From Octopus vulgaris (Eukaryota), in the NCBI GenBank assembly GCA_951406725.2, contig OX597814.1, forward strand, positions 32,984,001 to 33,048,000: a stretch of DNA of 64,000 nucleotides. The letters are read 5' to 3'. Under the pieces are notes generated by a model, which made no database searches, was not told the DNA's origin, and was given only the letters and a program-made list of their open reading frames with translations. Below, piece by piece: positions 12,885-24,680 of the stretch (the stretch's first letter is position 1; the number at the start of each line of letters is the position of its first letter). A program made the position numbers and the translations under genes.

Positions 12885-13656
12885 TAACGATTAAATAATT
12901 AAATTTAGAAAAATTAGAAAAAAGTTTTTTTAAAAGAATATTTCTATAGTAGTGTTCAGATTTAAGTGGCATTCTGCCTTTCTCTGACTCCCTTGTTTGC
13001 ACTTGTGTGTTCGAGGTACTTGTGAGTTCTTGGTAGGGTAGTAGAGGGAAGGCTGGTGAGGAAAGGGGGTGGGAGAATCTGGGAGTGCCCTGATGGTCGT
13101 ATTTTGAATGGTCAGTGGCGGCTGGCAGTCTCAGTTCAATTCAGGAGAATATTTATATTGACAGGCTTGTTTATAGAATTAGCGTAGGTGTTATACTAAA
13201 AAACATTAGTGACAAACTTAAGGGGTAAGGGGTGGAGAAGAAGAAGAAGAAGAAGAAGAAGAAGAAGAAGAAGAAGAAGAAGAAGAAGAAGAAGGAGAAG
13301 GAGAAGATGACGATGATGGTGATGGTGGTGATGATTATGACGACGATGATGATGATAACGATGATGATGAAGAAGAAGAAGAAGAAGAAGAAGAAGAAGA
13401 AGAAGAAGAAGAAGAAGAAGAAGGAGAAGGAGAAGATGGTGGTGATGATGGTGGTGATGATGATGACGCCGATGATGATGATAATGATGATGATGAAGAA
13501 GAAGAGGAAGAAGAAGAAGAAGAAAAAAACAGAGAAGGGAGAATATGAATGGGTGTAAATATAGCTATGAAGGGGCTGATTAGTAATGGATTCTATGGAG
13601 TGTAGTATTTGTGTGTGTATATATATTTTTTTCTTTTATTCTAAAGTTGAGGTATA

Positions 13657-14540
13657 TTAATTGCTTGTCGTAGACCCGTTAAGAAGTGGCTTGTATTTTG
13701 TAATAAAGAGATTTTCTTTACTTATTCGTTGTCTCGAGGTTGTATCGTCCCTAAATTGGTAGAGGGGGAAAATTCTGAAGTTTGGTGTTTTTTTGTTGGC
13801 GCAAGTATCTATGTGTTGGCTAAAAGCTATTTTTCTGTTTTGGGGAATTTTTATCTGGGATCTGTGCAGGGTCATTCGTTTACGCAAACCATTTTTTGTT
13901 TGGCCTATGTACTGCTCTTGACACCCGGAGCAGGTTAGTGAGTATATTAGGTTCTCTGAAGCACATGTGAAGTTGCTTTTCACTGTAAACCGTTGTCCCT
14001 GTTTGAAGGAGAACTCAGAACCCTCGATTAGATAGTCGCATATCCCGCAATTGGGTCTTCCACATTTTTTTTACTGTCGGCTTCTGTGTTGAAGAGTGAA
14101 TTCGGGCTTGTGTAAGGAGACTTTTCATGGATCTAGGCTGTCTTTTGCTTTTTATGATCGTGTGTGTTTGGAGGATTGTGTTCATTCTGTGGTCTTTTTT
14201 TAGGAGGGGTATGTTGTGGAGGATGGTGTCGAAGGCTTCGTTATTGAGAGGGTTGTGTGTGGAGATGTATGGTAAGGCTTTTGGTTGTAAGTTTTTCTTT
14301 GATTTGGGATGTCTCAGTTCCTTGATGTTAAGTTGAAGGGCACGTTGAATGCACTTGTCAATAAGTGAAGGTGGATAGTTCCTGGTGATTAGGGTATCTT
14401 TTAGTTCTTGTAGTCGTGTGTCTCTGGTGTTTGCGTTAGAGACTATAGTGCATATCCTTTTTGCTAGATTGAAGGGGATATTCATCCTGGTGTGTCTGGT
14501 GGCATGAATTGAATGGAAGATATTGCTTAGAGTCTGTAGG

Positions 14541-14541
<1 letters not shown>
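13657..14541 (-). pseudogene. PLE reverse transcriptase C-terminus and GIY-YIG endonuclease, two frameshifts
   Basis: KPTDSKQYLPFNSCH, then NIPFNLAKRICTIVS..RNYP, then CGRPNCGIC..FTCASENLIYSLTCSGCQEQYIGQT..RMTLHR..ENLFITKYKPLLN. Confidence 0.9.
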
Positions 14542-14628
<87 letters not shown>

Positions 14629-14687
14629 TATATATACATATAAATGAGAAAATCACAAAGAATGGAGACTTATGCATTCTTTAATTC

Positions 14688-14817
14688 GCTTACGCACATT
14701 TCGGGTAGGATTGCACTTCAGAACTCTGTGAAACAGTAATCATACATATTTATCGATCCCATATTCGATCGATCAAGATTCTATAGAGATTCTGCACTAT
14801 TCTGTCCTTTTCAAAGC
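14688..14817 (-). ncRNA. Type I hammerhead motif (U3-A8) with ~100-nt extended stem II
   Basis: GCT-TTGAAAA-GG..long hairpin..CC-GAAA-TGTGCG-TA-AGC. Confidence 0.6.
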
Positions 14818-15030
14818 TATACTTCATGATCACACTGTTTCGAATAGTAATTTTATTTCATAATTATATTACAATTATTTTAATTTACTCATTAAGGTCT
14901 ATCGTGGCTTAAGTAATTATCTACTAAATCTGGTTCTATATACCTCTTGTGTCTGAATTTGTTAATAGGAATTTTGCCATAAACATTCATCAAGTTGATG
15001 GGTGCGATTGTTTAAATTAACTGTTATATT

Positions 15031-15393
15031 CTTCTCTACTCTAGGCACAAGGACCGAAATTTTGGGGGAGGGGGTCAGTCGATTAGATCAACCTCAGTAC
15101 ACAACTTGTACTTAATTTATCGACCCCGAAAGGATGAAAGGCAAAGTCGACCACGGCGGAATTTGAACTCACAACGTAAAGACAGACGAAATACCTATTT
15201 CTTTACTACCCACAAGGGGCTAAACACAGAGAGGACAAACAAGGATAAACAAACGATTATATCGACCCCGGTGCGTAACTGGTACTTATTTAATAGACCC
15301 CGAAAGGATGAAAGGCAAAGTCAACCTCGGTGTAATTTGAACTCAGAACGTAACGGAAGACGAAATACCGCTAAGCATTTCGTCCGGCATGCC
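15031..15393 (-). mobile_element. Dimeric family A SINE with 17-bp TSD
   Basis: AAATTAACTGTTATATT at 15014-15030 and 15394-15410; core motif occurs twice. Confidence 0.92.
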
Positions 15394-16789
15394 AAATTAA
15401 CTGTTATATTACAATCCTAGCATGATCTGATACTGTTCCTAAATAGGTCTGTTGAAATATCTCTCGGGGAAGCAAAGTTTGCACCGTCTGCTTCCGTTAG
15501 GTATGGCGACTTTGGCTGTTCGAGGAGCTTCCATTTAATTCTGTATGGCCTTCCTTCTTTTAAACGTATTTGGTCAACAATATAACGTTGCTCTTCACTG
15601 AGAAGGAACTGGTTATTTATTCTGATCTTGAAAACCCACCTCCACTCCCATTGTTCCAACATTTTTCCGTGCAGGTTGTTGGTGTTGGTGTTACTGTTGT
15701 TGCTATCGGTCCCGTCGCTGGTGTTTGTGCTAGACACCACCTCCGCCATATAGACCTCAGCCTCGAAGTTCAGTCGATTGCCGCTCGGCCTCAGAGTTCC
15801 GTCGACCGACCGCTGCACACTCATTATTAACCTTTCATGAACATTCTGCCTTTGGGTAGGCTTTAGTAGCGTTCACTAAAATATTTTTTTTTACACCGAG
15901 TGCGCAGATGAACGAGCCCCTTGATTTGTGTCTATTAAATAATCGTCCTTACCTATGGGATTTCGTGAAATGCTTGTCTACTAACCTAAGGAACATCTTT
16001 CATATGCATATTTTGAAGCTGAGTGAGAAGTGTGGGACAAACCAAAGGAGATACAGTGGCGCTCTCTTTTGTACGTGTTAGGTCCCAATATGTAGGAGAT
16101 GCGCTCTTCAAACCCGCGACCTGCCGAGGAGTCCTTGCAATAGGGAGCCGCAGAGTTGAAGATGTATTTATTTGGGGAAAGATTCGATATTCTCTTACTG
16201 ATGCCCTTCTCTAGGCTGTGAAACAGGTTCAAGAACCTAGTGAAGGGTTTCGGTAATTATCATTTTATTGCTTTTTAGTGAAGTGATGCTCTCTCTGGTT
16301 TGAAAGTAATTAACATTTCTTGAGGTTGGTCTTTTATCATACTGTTTAGAACGAGTCCAGCTCAATTTTCATGTCGATTGTACAACTGCGTCCGCATATG
16401 ATTTTTTTTTATAGGAATGTATTATCGAGAGTTCCATTCTGAAGAGATTTTGTACCAGTCGGCTTTTTTTTCTTTTTTTTTTTACCTGCGCTAAAGAAAA
16501 ACATCAGTTCTCCTTTTTCGCATTCCTCTTTCCATAGTTTTCAAATGCTTTCAAGATTAACACCCGCTGATTTTTTTTTGATTTCAATGTGGATTTCTTA
16601 ACCAATGGATTTAAATTTTTTGTCGTTAGCTAGCGTTGTCAATTCTAATAGATCAGTTTCATCCCCATTTTCTTTATTGCTTTTTTTCCCCCTTGGTCAT
16701 CTTTATTTCTTATAATCTTTCTGCAATAGGTTCTGTTTCGAGGTTGCGATGCAGCATTACTGGCATTCAGTGAAGCCATTTCTTGTGTA

Positions 16790-16833
<44 letters not shown>

Positions 16834-17528
16834 TGTGCGTGTGTGTATTTTTTTTTTGGGTGGGTGTAGCTGTGTTAAATAAAATGGGACAACAAAGCCA
16901 AGGCTGTGTGTCCTATAAATTCCACACAGATTTAGCTTTGTTGTTTCAATTTATTTAACATATACATGCTCACACAAGACCCGCATTATACTCCTCATTC
17001 GTATTATTATTGAAATAAGAGTTTAACTACGGTCCTCCCGTGGCACTTACATAGCCTTACCTGCCATCTTGGGTCTTCTGGATACCAATACCTCACATAC
17101 ATACATACATACATATATATATATATAAGAATTTTTTGCGTAATGAGATTTTAAACAAACCCAAAGCTGTGTAGATATTAGAGCATTTATATATAGGTCT
17201 TACAGCTGTTTGCTTTCATCTCTTACAGAGATTTTATAACTAGCTGCTTTGCTTGTTGCAAGATCGGCGATTGAATGTCGCTTGAATTTCTGTATATGGC
17301 AAACTTGAGCGAATTACTGCCATCTCTAGCAGACAAGGTGTCCACCACCGAAGAAGGGCAGAAATAGCCGGAAACCAGGCTGGTCTACTGGTCCTGTCGC
17401 TAGAAGATGGTAGGTGTTCACTCCCTTGCTTGCAATATATCGAATGCAGCTTGCATCGTTAACTAGCTAGAGGAAATGTTCTCTTGGGTTTATGAAATCG
17501 CAGTAATGTCCATTTCTACAGATGGATG

Positions 17529-17895
17529 GGAAGCACTCCGTCGGTTACGACGACGAGGGTTCCGGTTGATCCGAATCAACGGAACAGCCTGCTCGTGAAA
17601 TTAACGTGTAAGTGGCTGAGCACTCCACAGACACGTGTACCCTTAATGTAGTTCTCGGGGATATTGAGCGTGACACAGAGAGTGACAAGGCCGGCCCTTT
17701 GAAATACAGGTACAACAGAAACAGGAAGTAAGAGTGTGAGAAAGTTGTGGTAAAAGAGTACAGCAGGGATCACCACCATCCCCTGCCGGAGCCTCGTGGA
17801 GCTTTAGGTGTTTTCGCTCAATAAACACTCACAACGCCCGGTCTGGGAATCGAAACCGAGTCCGCTGCCCTAACCACTGGGCCATTGCGCCTCCA
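17529..17895 (-). mobile_element. tRNA-derived SINE, family D
   Basis: Near-identical reverse complement of 54100-54483; imperfect TSD CATT(T/C)CTACAGA. Confidence 0.9.
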
Positions 17896-19557
17896 TTCCT
17901 ACAGAACAGCCACGTTAAAATGACAACAAACATTACTTGCCAGTACAGTCACTACCTTCGTCTCTTACAGAAATTTAAAATTTTGCTTCCAATAGCCAGT
18001 TCTTTTGGTCTAACTATGGTATCTCCAGCTGCTTCATAGGAAAATCATCAACATGTAGTACAACGTTTTAGCATTTTTCAAAAATTTAGTAAGCCCCACA
18101 TACGAAGATTTACAAAAGTATTTCTGACAGAAAATATCATACATGCATGGAGTTACGATTTTACACACTCAACAAAGTATTATTGTTAAGCTGAAGCTGT
18201 TGTTTATGTAAAAAGAAACGGAATGACAGTGTCGTAAGTCCAAAACACTGTTTTTGGACTTACGACACTTTCGCATGAGGTTTTTTTTTATTCAGTGTGT
18301 TCTTCTTAATACATTTGAATGCTGTACCCCGTCGTCTTGTTGATCATACTTAGATTTATTAAAACAAAATGTTTATGTCATTTTGCATTGATTTTCATTG
18401 ATTCGAAATTTTGTATTTCCCAGGCCCATTTCCTTATTATTTTCTTAGGTATAACATGCTTTGTATGCTCTTGCTGATTAACATTATTAGTTTTGTACTT
18501 AGTTTCTTAAGTTTCTTCTGTATTTCTCCATTTGAAATTAAAATTGATGTGGCTGTCCTTGTTTGTATTTTCTTTTCGACATTTGATATATATTATATTG
18601 AAAATTTTAAGAGGTTTTACACAAGTAAATTATATAAAAGAACAAAAAGAATAAAATAATCTGAAAACTGCATCGTGGATAAAAACTGAAAATATCTCCA
18701 TTTCTATTAAGGGATGCTGCCGGTTTCATTCTTTTGAAAAAATCTAGTCATGCTGAAGGAGGATTGGAAATAAATTGAAATAAACCTAATCAAATTAATC
18801 TTTCACGATATCCGACGTCGAAGTTCACGTTCCTCTTGCAAATTTCACACGGAGCTGGTAGTTAGCTTCTTTATCATGGCAGCTGAGTAGTAATACCATG
18901 GTAGTAGTAGTAGTAGTAGTATTAGTAGTAGTAGTCATTGTCGCTGTCGCCGTGGCCTTGGTGTTGGTGCTTGTGGTCGTCGTTGTTGTGTTCATCGTGG
19001 GGACAGTTCAAGTAGTGCTTTATCACTAAGGAATGGCTATTATTTGTAGGAGCGGTAGCAACACTATGGTTCGTATCAGTCATGGCTGTGTGTGTGTGTG
19101 TATGTCCGTGTGTGTGTGTGTGAGTGTGTAGCTGGTGGAATTCGTTGAATTCAACAAAAATCAATCGAGGTTGATGAAATAGAAAATGTTTTCTCAGTGT
19201 AAAATATTAACAGTTTAACGCAATTTCAAAATTCTACGAATAATTAACATAAAATCTCCAATGTCTTAGAATAATATAATAGTTCAGTTTCAGCAATATG
19301 CAGTTATATATGTGTGTGTGTGCATGCATGTATGTATGTATTATGTATGTATGTATGTATGCGTCTACCTGTAGAGATGTGTGTACGTATGTATATGATT
19401 GTGTTTGCGTGCATGTATGAAAAATTGCAATTGGAAAATAATTTATAAATCATATTGCTTCTTCCCTATATATATTTTCAATCAGCAATTGTATTTTAAT
19501 ACAAACATATATACGTGTGTGTGGGAGGTGTTTGTATTTTTATTATATATATATATA

Positions 19558-19615
<58 letters not shown>

Positions 19616-20251
19616 TAAGCATATATGTATATATCTATCTATTTCTATATATGTACATGTATATATTTCTATGTATGTCTGTATACTACACACACATATA
19701 GGAATACAGGTATATACGTACATACATGCAGTCATAAATATATACCTACGTACGTGCATACTTTTACATATCCCTAAGTAGTCACAGATGTGACGTCATA
19801 CTATCATTGCTGCGAGCCATTTTAATAAATGCTGCGTTTTCTTGTCTTATGTAGTACATCTTGCCATATTTTACTATCGGCTCATTTTTCTTATTTGTTG
19901 GTGAAGCGAATCAATCACATTATCAGTGTCACAGGAATTCCTCAAATTTATAACTCATCAACATGATGTATTTCACATCGATTTTAAAAATGCCTTGGTA
20001 AATCCCACCGGCTTCTGTTTTATATTATGCGGAAGATAAGCATTCCATTCCTTGAAAGGTTGCAAATAAGATAAGTATTTTTATTCCTTAAATGGTTTTA
20101 GGCAAAATAAACGAAAGCCAAAAAAACGGCCTATTGCATGGAGTTAGCACTTAATTTATAATCATAGATAGTATTCAAACAATAAGGGAAAATGAAGCTA
20201 AATGGACATCTACCCCGCAAGGTTCGACTTCTATTTCAGCTCATTTCATAT

Positions 20252-20339
<88 letters not shown>

Positions 20340-20485
20340 TCAATAATAACATGAATGTGCATACGAGAATTTATATGAACACACACAGACATATATATAT
20401 ATACATCTTTATATGCACATATTGATATCTTTCTAAATATATTTATATATTTATGTGAATATATGCATGTGCATATGTGTATATA

Positions 20486-20528
<43 letters not shown>

Positions 20529-20867
20529 GCAGCTATGCGTATATGTAGGTCTACACACACACACACAGATATATATATATATACATACATATATACATGT
20601 GTGTACTTTAGTGTGTGTGTGTGTATGTGCAAATGCGTTCGCGCGCACGTGTGTGTGTGCAAGTATGTATCTACGCATGTATGGCAGTAACCATGCATAT
20701 ATGTATGCATATACCAACAACATTTACATGGTATCTTTTTCGAAGATGTACCCCAGAGCCATAGAATCTTATCCCCCTTCGTTCTTTATTGTGCATTCTT
20801 TCAATTTCCTTCCTTCTGCAAGCATTTACATATCTCTGTCTCTCTCCCGCTCTCTACCGCTCTCCCC

Positions 20868-20913
<46 letters not shown>

Positions 20914-21083
20914 TTCTTTCCTCAATTGATGCTTTATAGAAATGCAATGCAAAAACAGATGAAAAACATACAAATTGTAAACATTGTTTAATTACACGTA
21001 ATTATACACGCAGATACTTATACATATGCACATGCACACACATGAATATATACACACATACACACGCACACACACACACATGA

Positions 21084-21176
<93 letters not shown>

Positions 21177-22266
21177 TATATCATGATAAAATGGCTAACA
21201 TAATGAAAAAAATTAGTAATTTATTGTGAGAATTAATTAGTCCGGCAGTTAACTGTTTGATATTGTGTTTCGTGATATAGTTAAAAACTTATATTTGAAT
21301 AATATTCATAATCATGTTATTAGTAATATCGTTGTTGTTGTTGTTCTTCTTCTTCTTCTTGGTGATGGTGATGCTGGTGATAATGATGTTTTTACACTAT
21401 TTTTTTACTTTTTACAAAGATCTAGATTTTGATTAACAGATATCTGCTCAAAAGCGCTAATTACACTCTAAACATACAATTTATCAAATTTTTATTCAAC
21501 ATTTTTAAATAACTCATTATAATCTTTTCAGTACTTTTTTTTTTTTGCTGCATTATTTTGTTTACCTGGATTAGTGAGCGAATTTATACATACACAGAAA
21601 CTAATTCATACTGACCGAAACGTCAGGTAAACGTCGACACACTAACACACGCATATACATATAAACCTAGATATACATGCTTACACATTTATACATATCT
21701 ACTATATATATATATATATATATGAAAATTTTGACCGGGGATGATTTAAGAACTCTCTTACCTAATTACTCGAAACGCGTGTATTAAATGCATTTAAAAT
21801 CTCAAAGTATCAACATTATATTTATCTTTATTATATGCATATCTATGTAGATGTATGTGCGCTTGCATACATTCTATTATATTCTATCATATTATATTAC
21901 ATTACATCATATTATATTATGTTATATTATATTATATCTATTATATTATACTGTATTGTTTTAGAGATTAACAGAATTATTAGAGGTCAAGCAAGAATGC
22001 CTTGCAATATTTTGTTTTGTCTCTATACCTTGAAGTTTAAATATCGTTGAAATTAACTTCTTCTTTCATTCTACCAGGTTTAATATGAATTTAACCAGGT
22101 TATTTGTATCACAGTTCACTATATTTCCAACTTTTAAGTCCTGAATATTTCACTGGGGCACAATCAGATGAACAACAGGATTGTTGTCTCTACTTTAACA
22201 CAATTAACGAAATCAAGTCACACATTACAAAGTCGTTCAAGATATCATACTACGACCGTAGTTTAC

Positions 22267-22311
<45 letters not shown>

Positions 22312-22390
22312 CATATATATATATGTATATGTATATATATATGCGTGTGTGTGCGTGTATGTGCATGTGTATACACACACAGACACAGGG

Positions 22391-22429
<39 letters not shown>

Positions 22430-22430
22430 T

Positions 22431-22790
22431 GAAAGAAGGTTTGAAAATGCAATTTTAAAAGATGTTTATTTACTTGACCGGTTTCACTTTTTTAGAAAAA
22501 GATTGTCAAAAGTAACATGTAAAAGCTTTGTTGTGTTAGGTACTGGTTGTCACAAAATATTACAATACATATATACATTCTTTGATAAGAACGTTAAAAG
22601 CAGTTTACAAGGAAAAATCTTGAGAAAATATAAAAAAGTTCATTAAAATATTGGGCACAAAAAGTTGGAATACTTATATACATTCTCTGATAATAATAAG
22701 ATGTTAAAAACAGTTTACAGAAAAAATTTCTTTCAGAAATTATTAACAAGTTCATAGAACCTATTAGGATTTCATGTTTGTTTGGAAATA
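22431..22790 (-). mobile_element. Short HHR-bearing element between microsatellites, with an internal duplication of ~105-bp period
   Basis: Hammerhead at 22470-22515; TATATACATTCT..CAGTTTACA..AAGTTCAT repeated near 22571 and 22676. Confidence 0.65.
22470..22515 (-). ncRNA. Minimal type I hammerhead motif, U3-A8 variant
   Basis: TTACTT-TTGACAA-T.CTTTTT-CTA-AAAAAG.T-GAAA-CCGG-TC-AAGTAA; perfect 6-bp stem I. Confidence 0.75.
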
Positions 22791-22806
22791 TCTATCTATC
22801 TATCTA

Positions 22807-22869
<63 letters not shown>

Positions 22870-23034
22870 ATTAATCATGAATTTTCTGGTTAATTCCGTA
22901 ATGGAATCGGCGGCTTATATTTATTTGCTGCCGATAAATTTGGCGCGAGTGCGACGATTTGAAAATTTTAGGTCAGATATTGACGAGGTAGCAACGAGAA
23001 TGCCTCGTGAAAAATATCTGTTCCGGCTTGGCTA

Positions 23035-23139
23035 TTTCTTACTGATGAATCTAAGGGCCTATGGTAGATTGGCTTGATTTAATTTAATCAGGTTAGTTTT
23101 CCATTAAACAGTAGATGAAACGGTGCATCGTCTAAGAAA
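23035..23139 (+). ncRNA. Type I hammerhead ribozyme motif, copy 1
   Basis: TTTCTTA-CTGATGA-ATCTA..TAGAT-GAAA-CGGTGCATCG-TC-TAAGAAA; predicted cut after C23132. Confidence 0.88.
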
Positions 23140-23528
23140 TTACAGGGTAAATGTTTTTTAATTTTCTCCTGGTTTACGGAATTGACGTTATTTTGCGGTT
23201 AAAGCTTTTGGCTGTTATTTCTAGTGGGTGAATGGCCTATTATGGCCGTTCCTTGATTGTGATGTTGAACTTAAAAATGGTTTATGACTATTTAATTTTT
23301 TCCCACTAGGCCGCTGGTGGCAAAAGAATTCTACAAAATTTTTTTGCCACCCTATATTGATTGATTAATTATGAATTTTCTGGTTAATTCCGTAATGGAA
23401 TCGGCGGCTTATATTTATTTGCTGCCGATAAATTTGGCGCGAGTGCGACGATTTGAAAATTTTAGGTCAGATATTGACGAGGTAGCAACGAGAATGCCTC
23501 GTGAAAAATATCTGTTCCGGCTTGGCTA

Positions 23529-23633
23529 TTTCTTACTGATGAATCTAAGGGCCTATGGTAGATTGGCTTGATTTAATTTAATCAGGTTAGTTTTCCATTA
23601 AACAGTAGATGAAACGGTGCATCGTCTAAGAAA
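23529..23633 (+). ncRNA. Type I hammerhead ribozyme motif, copy 2
   Basis: Identical to copy 1; predicted cut after C23626. Confidence 0.88.
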
Positions 23634-23855
23634 TTACAGGGTAAATGTTTTTTAATTTTCTCCTGGTTTACGGAATTGACGTTATTTTGCGGTTAAAGCT
23701 TTTGGCTGTTATTTCTAGTGGGTGAATGGCCTATTATGGCCGTTCCTTGATTGTGATATTGAACTTAAAAATGGTTTATGACTATTTAATTTTTTCCCAC
23801 TAGGCCGCTGGGGGCAAAAGAATTCTACAAAATTTTTTTGCCACCCTATATTGAT

Positions 23856-23897
<42 letters not shown>

Positions 23898-24462
23898 AAA
23901 TTATAAGTTCAAAAAGATCATATTTTGGTAGTATATATATACGCAGAAAGAGATATATTTAGTTTACAAAGAATTTAGGATAAAATGACCTGTTTCACAC
24001 AGACACACACACTCACACCGTTCTGACCTCTAAAGACCGATCCCCATATCCACTGAATCGTGAAAGAGAAGCAAAACTTCTTTTCAATTCCACACTGCTC
24101 TTCCTTCCCCCCACCAAAACACACCTCCTAAACTGTCCCTTGAAAGTAGAAAATAGTCTTTAACAGTAATATTGGGAAACAGGTCAGTTGATCCTAAATT
24201 GTTCTTTCACCTCTCTCTGTCTTTTGCTTTTTGTATAATTTTTACCTACATACATACATACATATGCTCGCCGCCCATACACATCTTTGCCTATATACAT
24301 TCAGTAAAGCTTTACATAGCGTCGAACGGTTATCGACAGCTATTTCCAACAAACATTGGTACCTTGATGCACCACTATTTCCTATTTATAATTCTACCTT
24401 TACGGTGATTTATTTAGCTGGAAAACAATACTATTGTATTGCAATATTATTTATAATTCATA

Positions 24463-24531
<69 letters not shown>

Positions 24532-24543
24532 ATATATATATAC

Positions 24544-24589
<46 letters not shown>

Positions 24590-24611
24590 ATATATATATA
24601 TACATCTACAT

Positions 24612-24680
<69 letters not shown>

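Larger units (their letters stand above)
12793..14541 (-). mobile_element. 5'-truncated Penelope-like retroelement (Neptune-type), bounded by (TA)n on both sides
   Basis: RT thumb plus GIY-YIG coding remnant, 3' UTR with a hammerhead at 12847-12884. Confidence 0.9.
14643..16750 (-). mobile_element. Second, older Penelope-like element (Penelope/Poseidon-type), interrupted by a SINE
   Basis: ISKRISNLSPNKYIFNSAAPY (15981-16232), VYMAEV..YRIKWKLLE, frameshifted RRCKLC near 15480, and MAKFLL beyond the SINE; 3' end abuts (TA)n. Confidence 0.75.
22864..23857 (+). mobile_element. Retrozyme-like tandem dimer, 494-bp unit, inserted in (TA)n
   Basis: Two copies differing at about 3 positions, one hammerhead per copy, (TA)n on both flanks. 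Confidence 0.88.

Noticed and set aside
19791-19798. CRE palindrome TGACGTCA
   Set aside because: A single 8-mer is expected by chance and no promoter context is evident.
22877-23077. Duplicated 66-aa ORF (also 23371-23571)
   Set aside because: Identity follows from the tandem duplication; it overlaps the HHR and has no recognisable motif.
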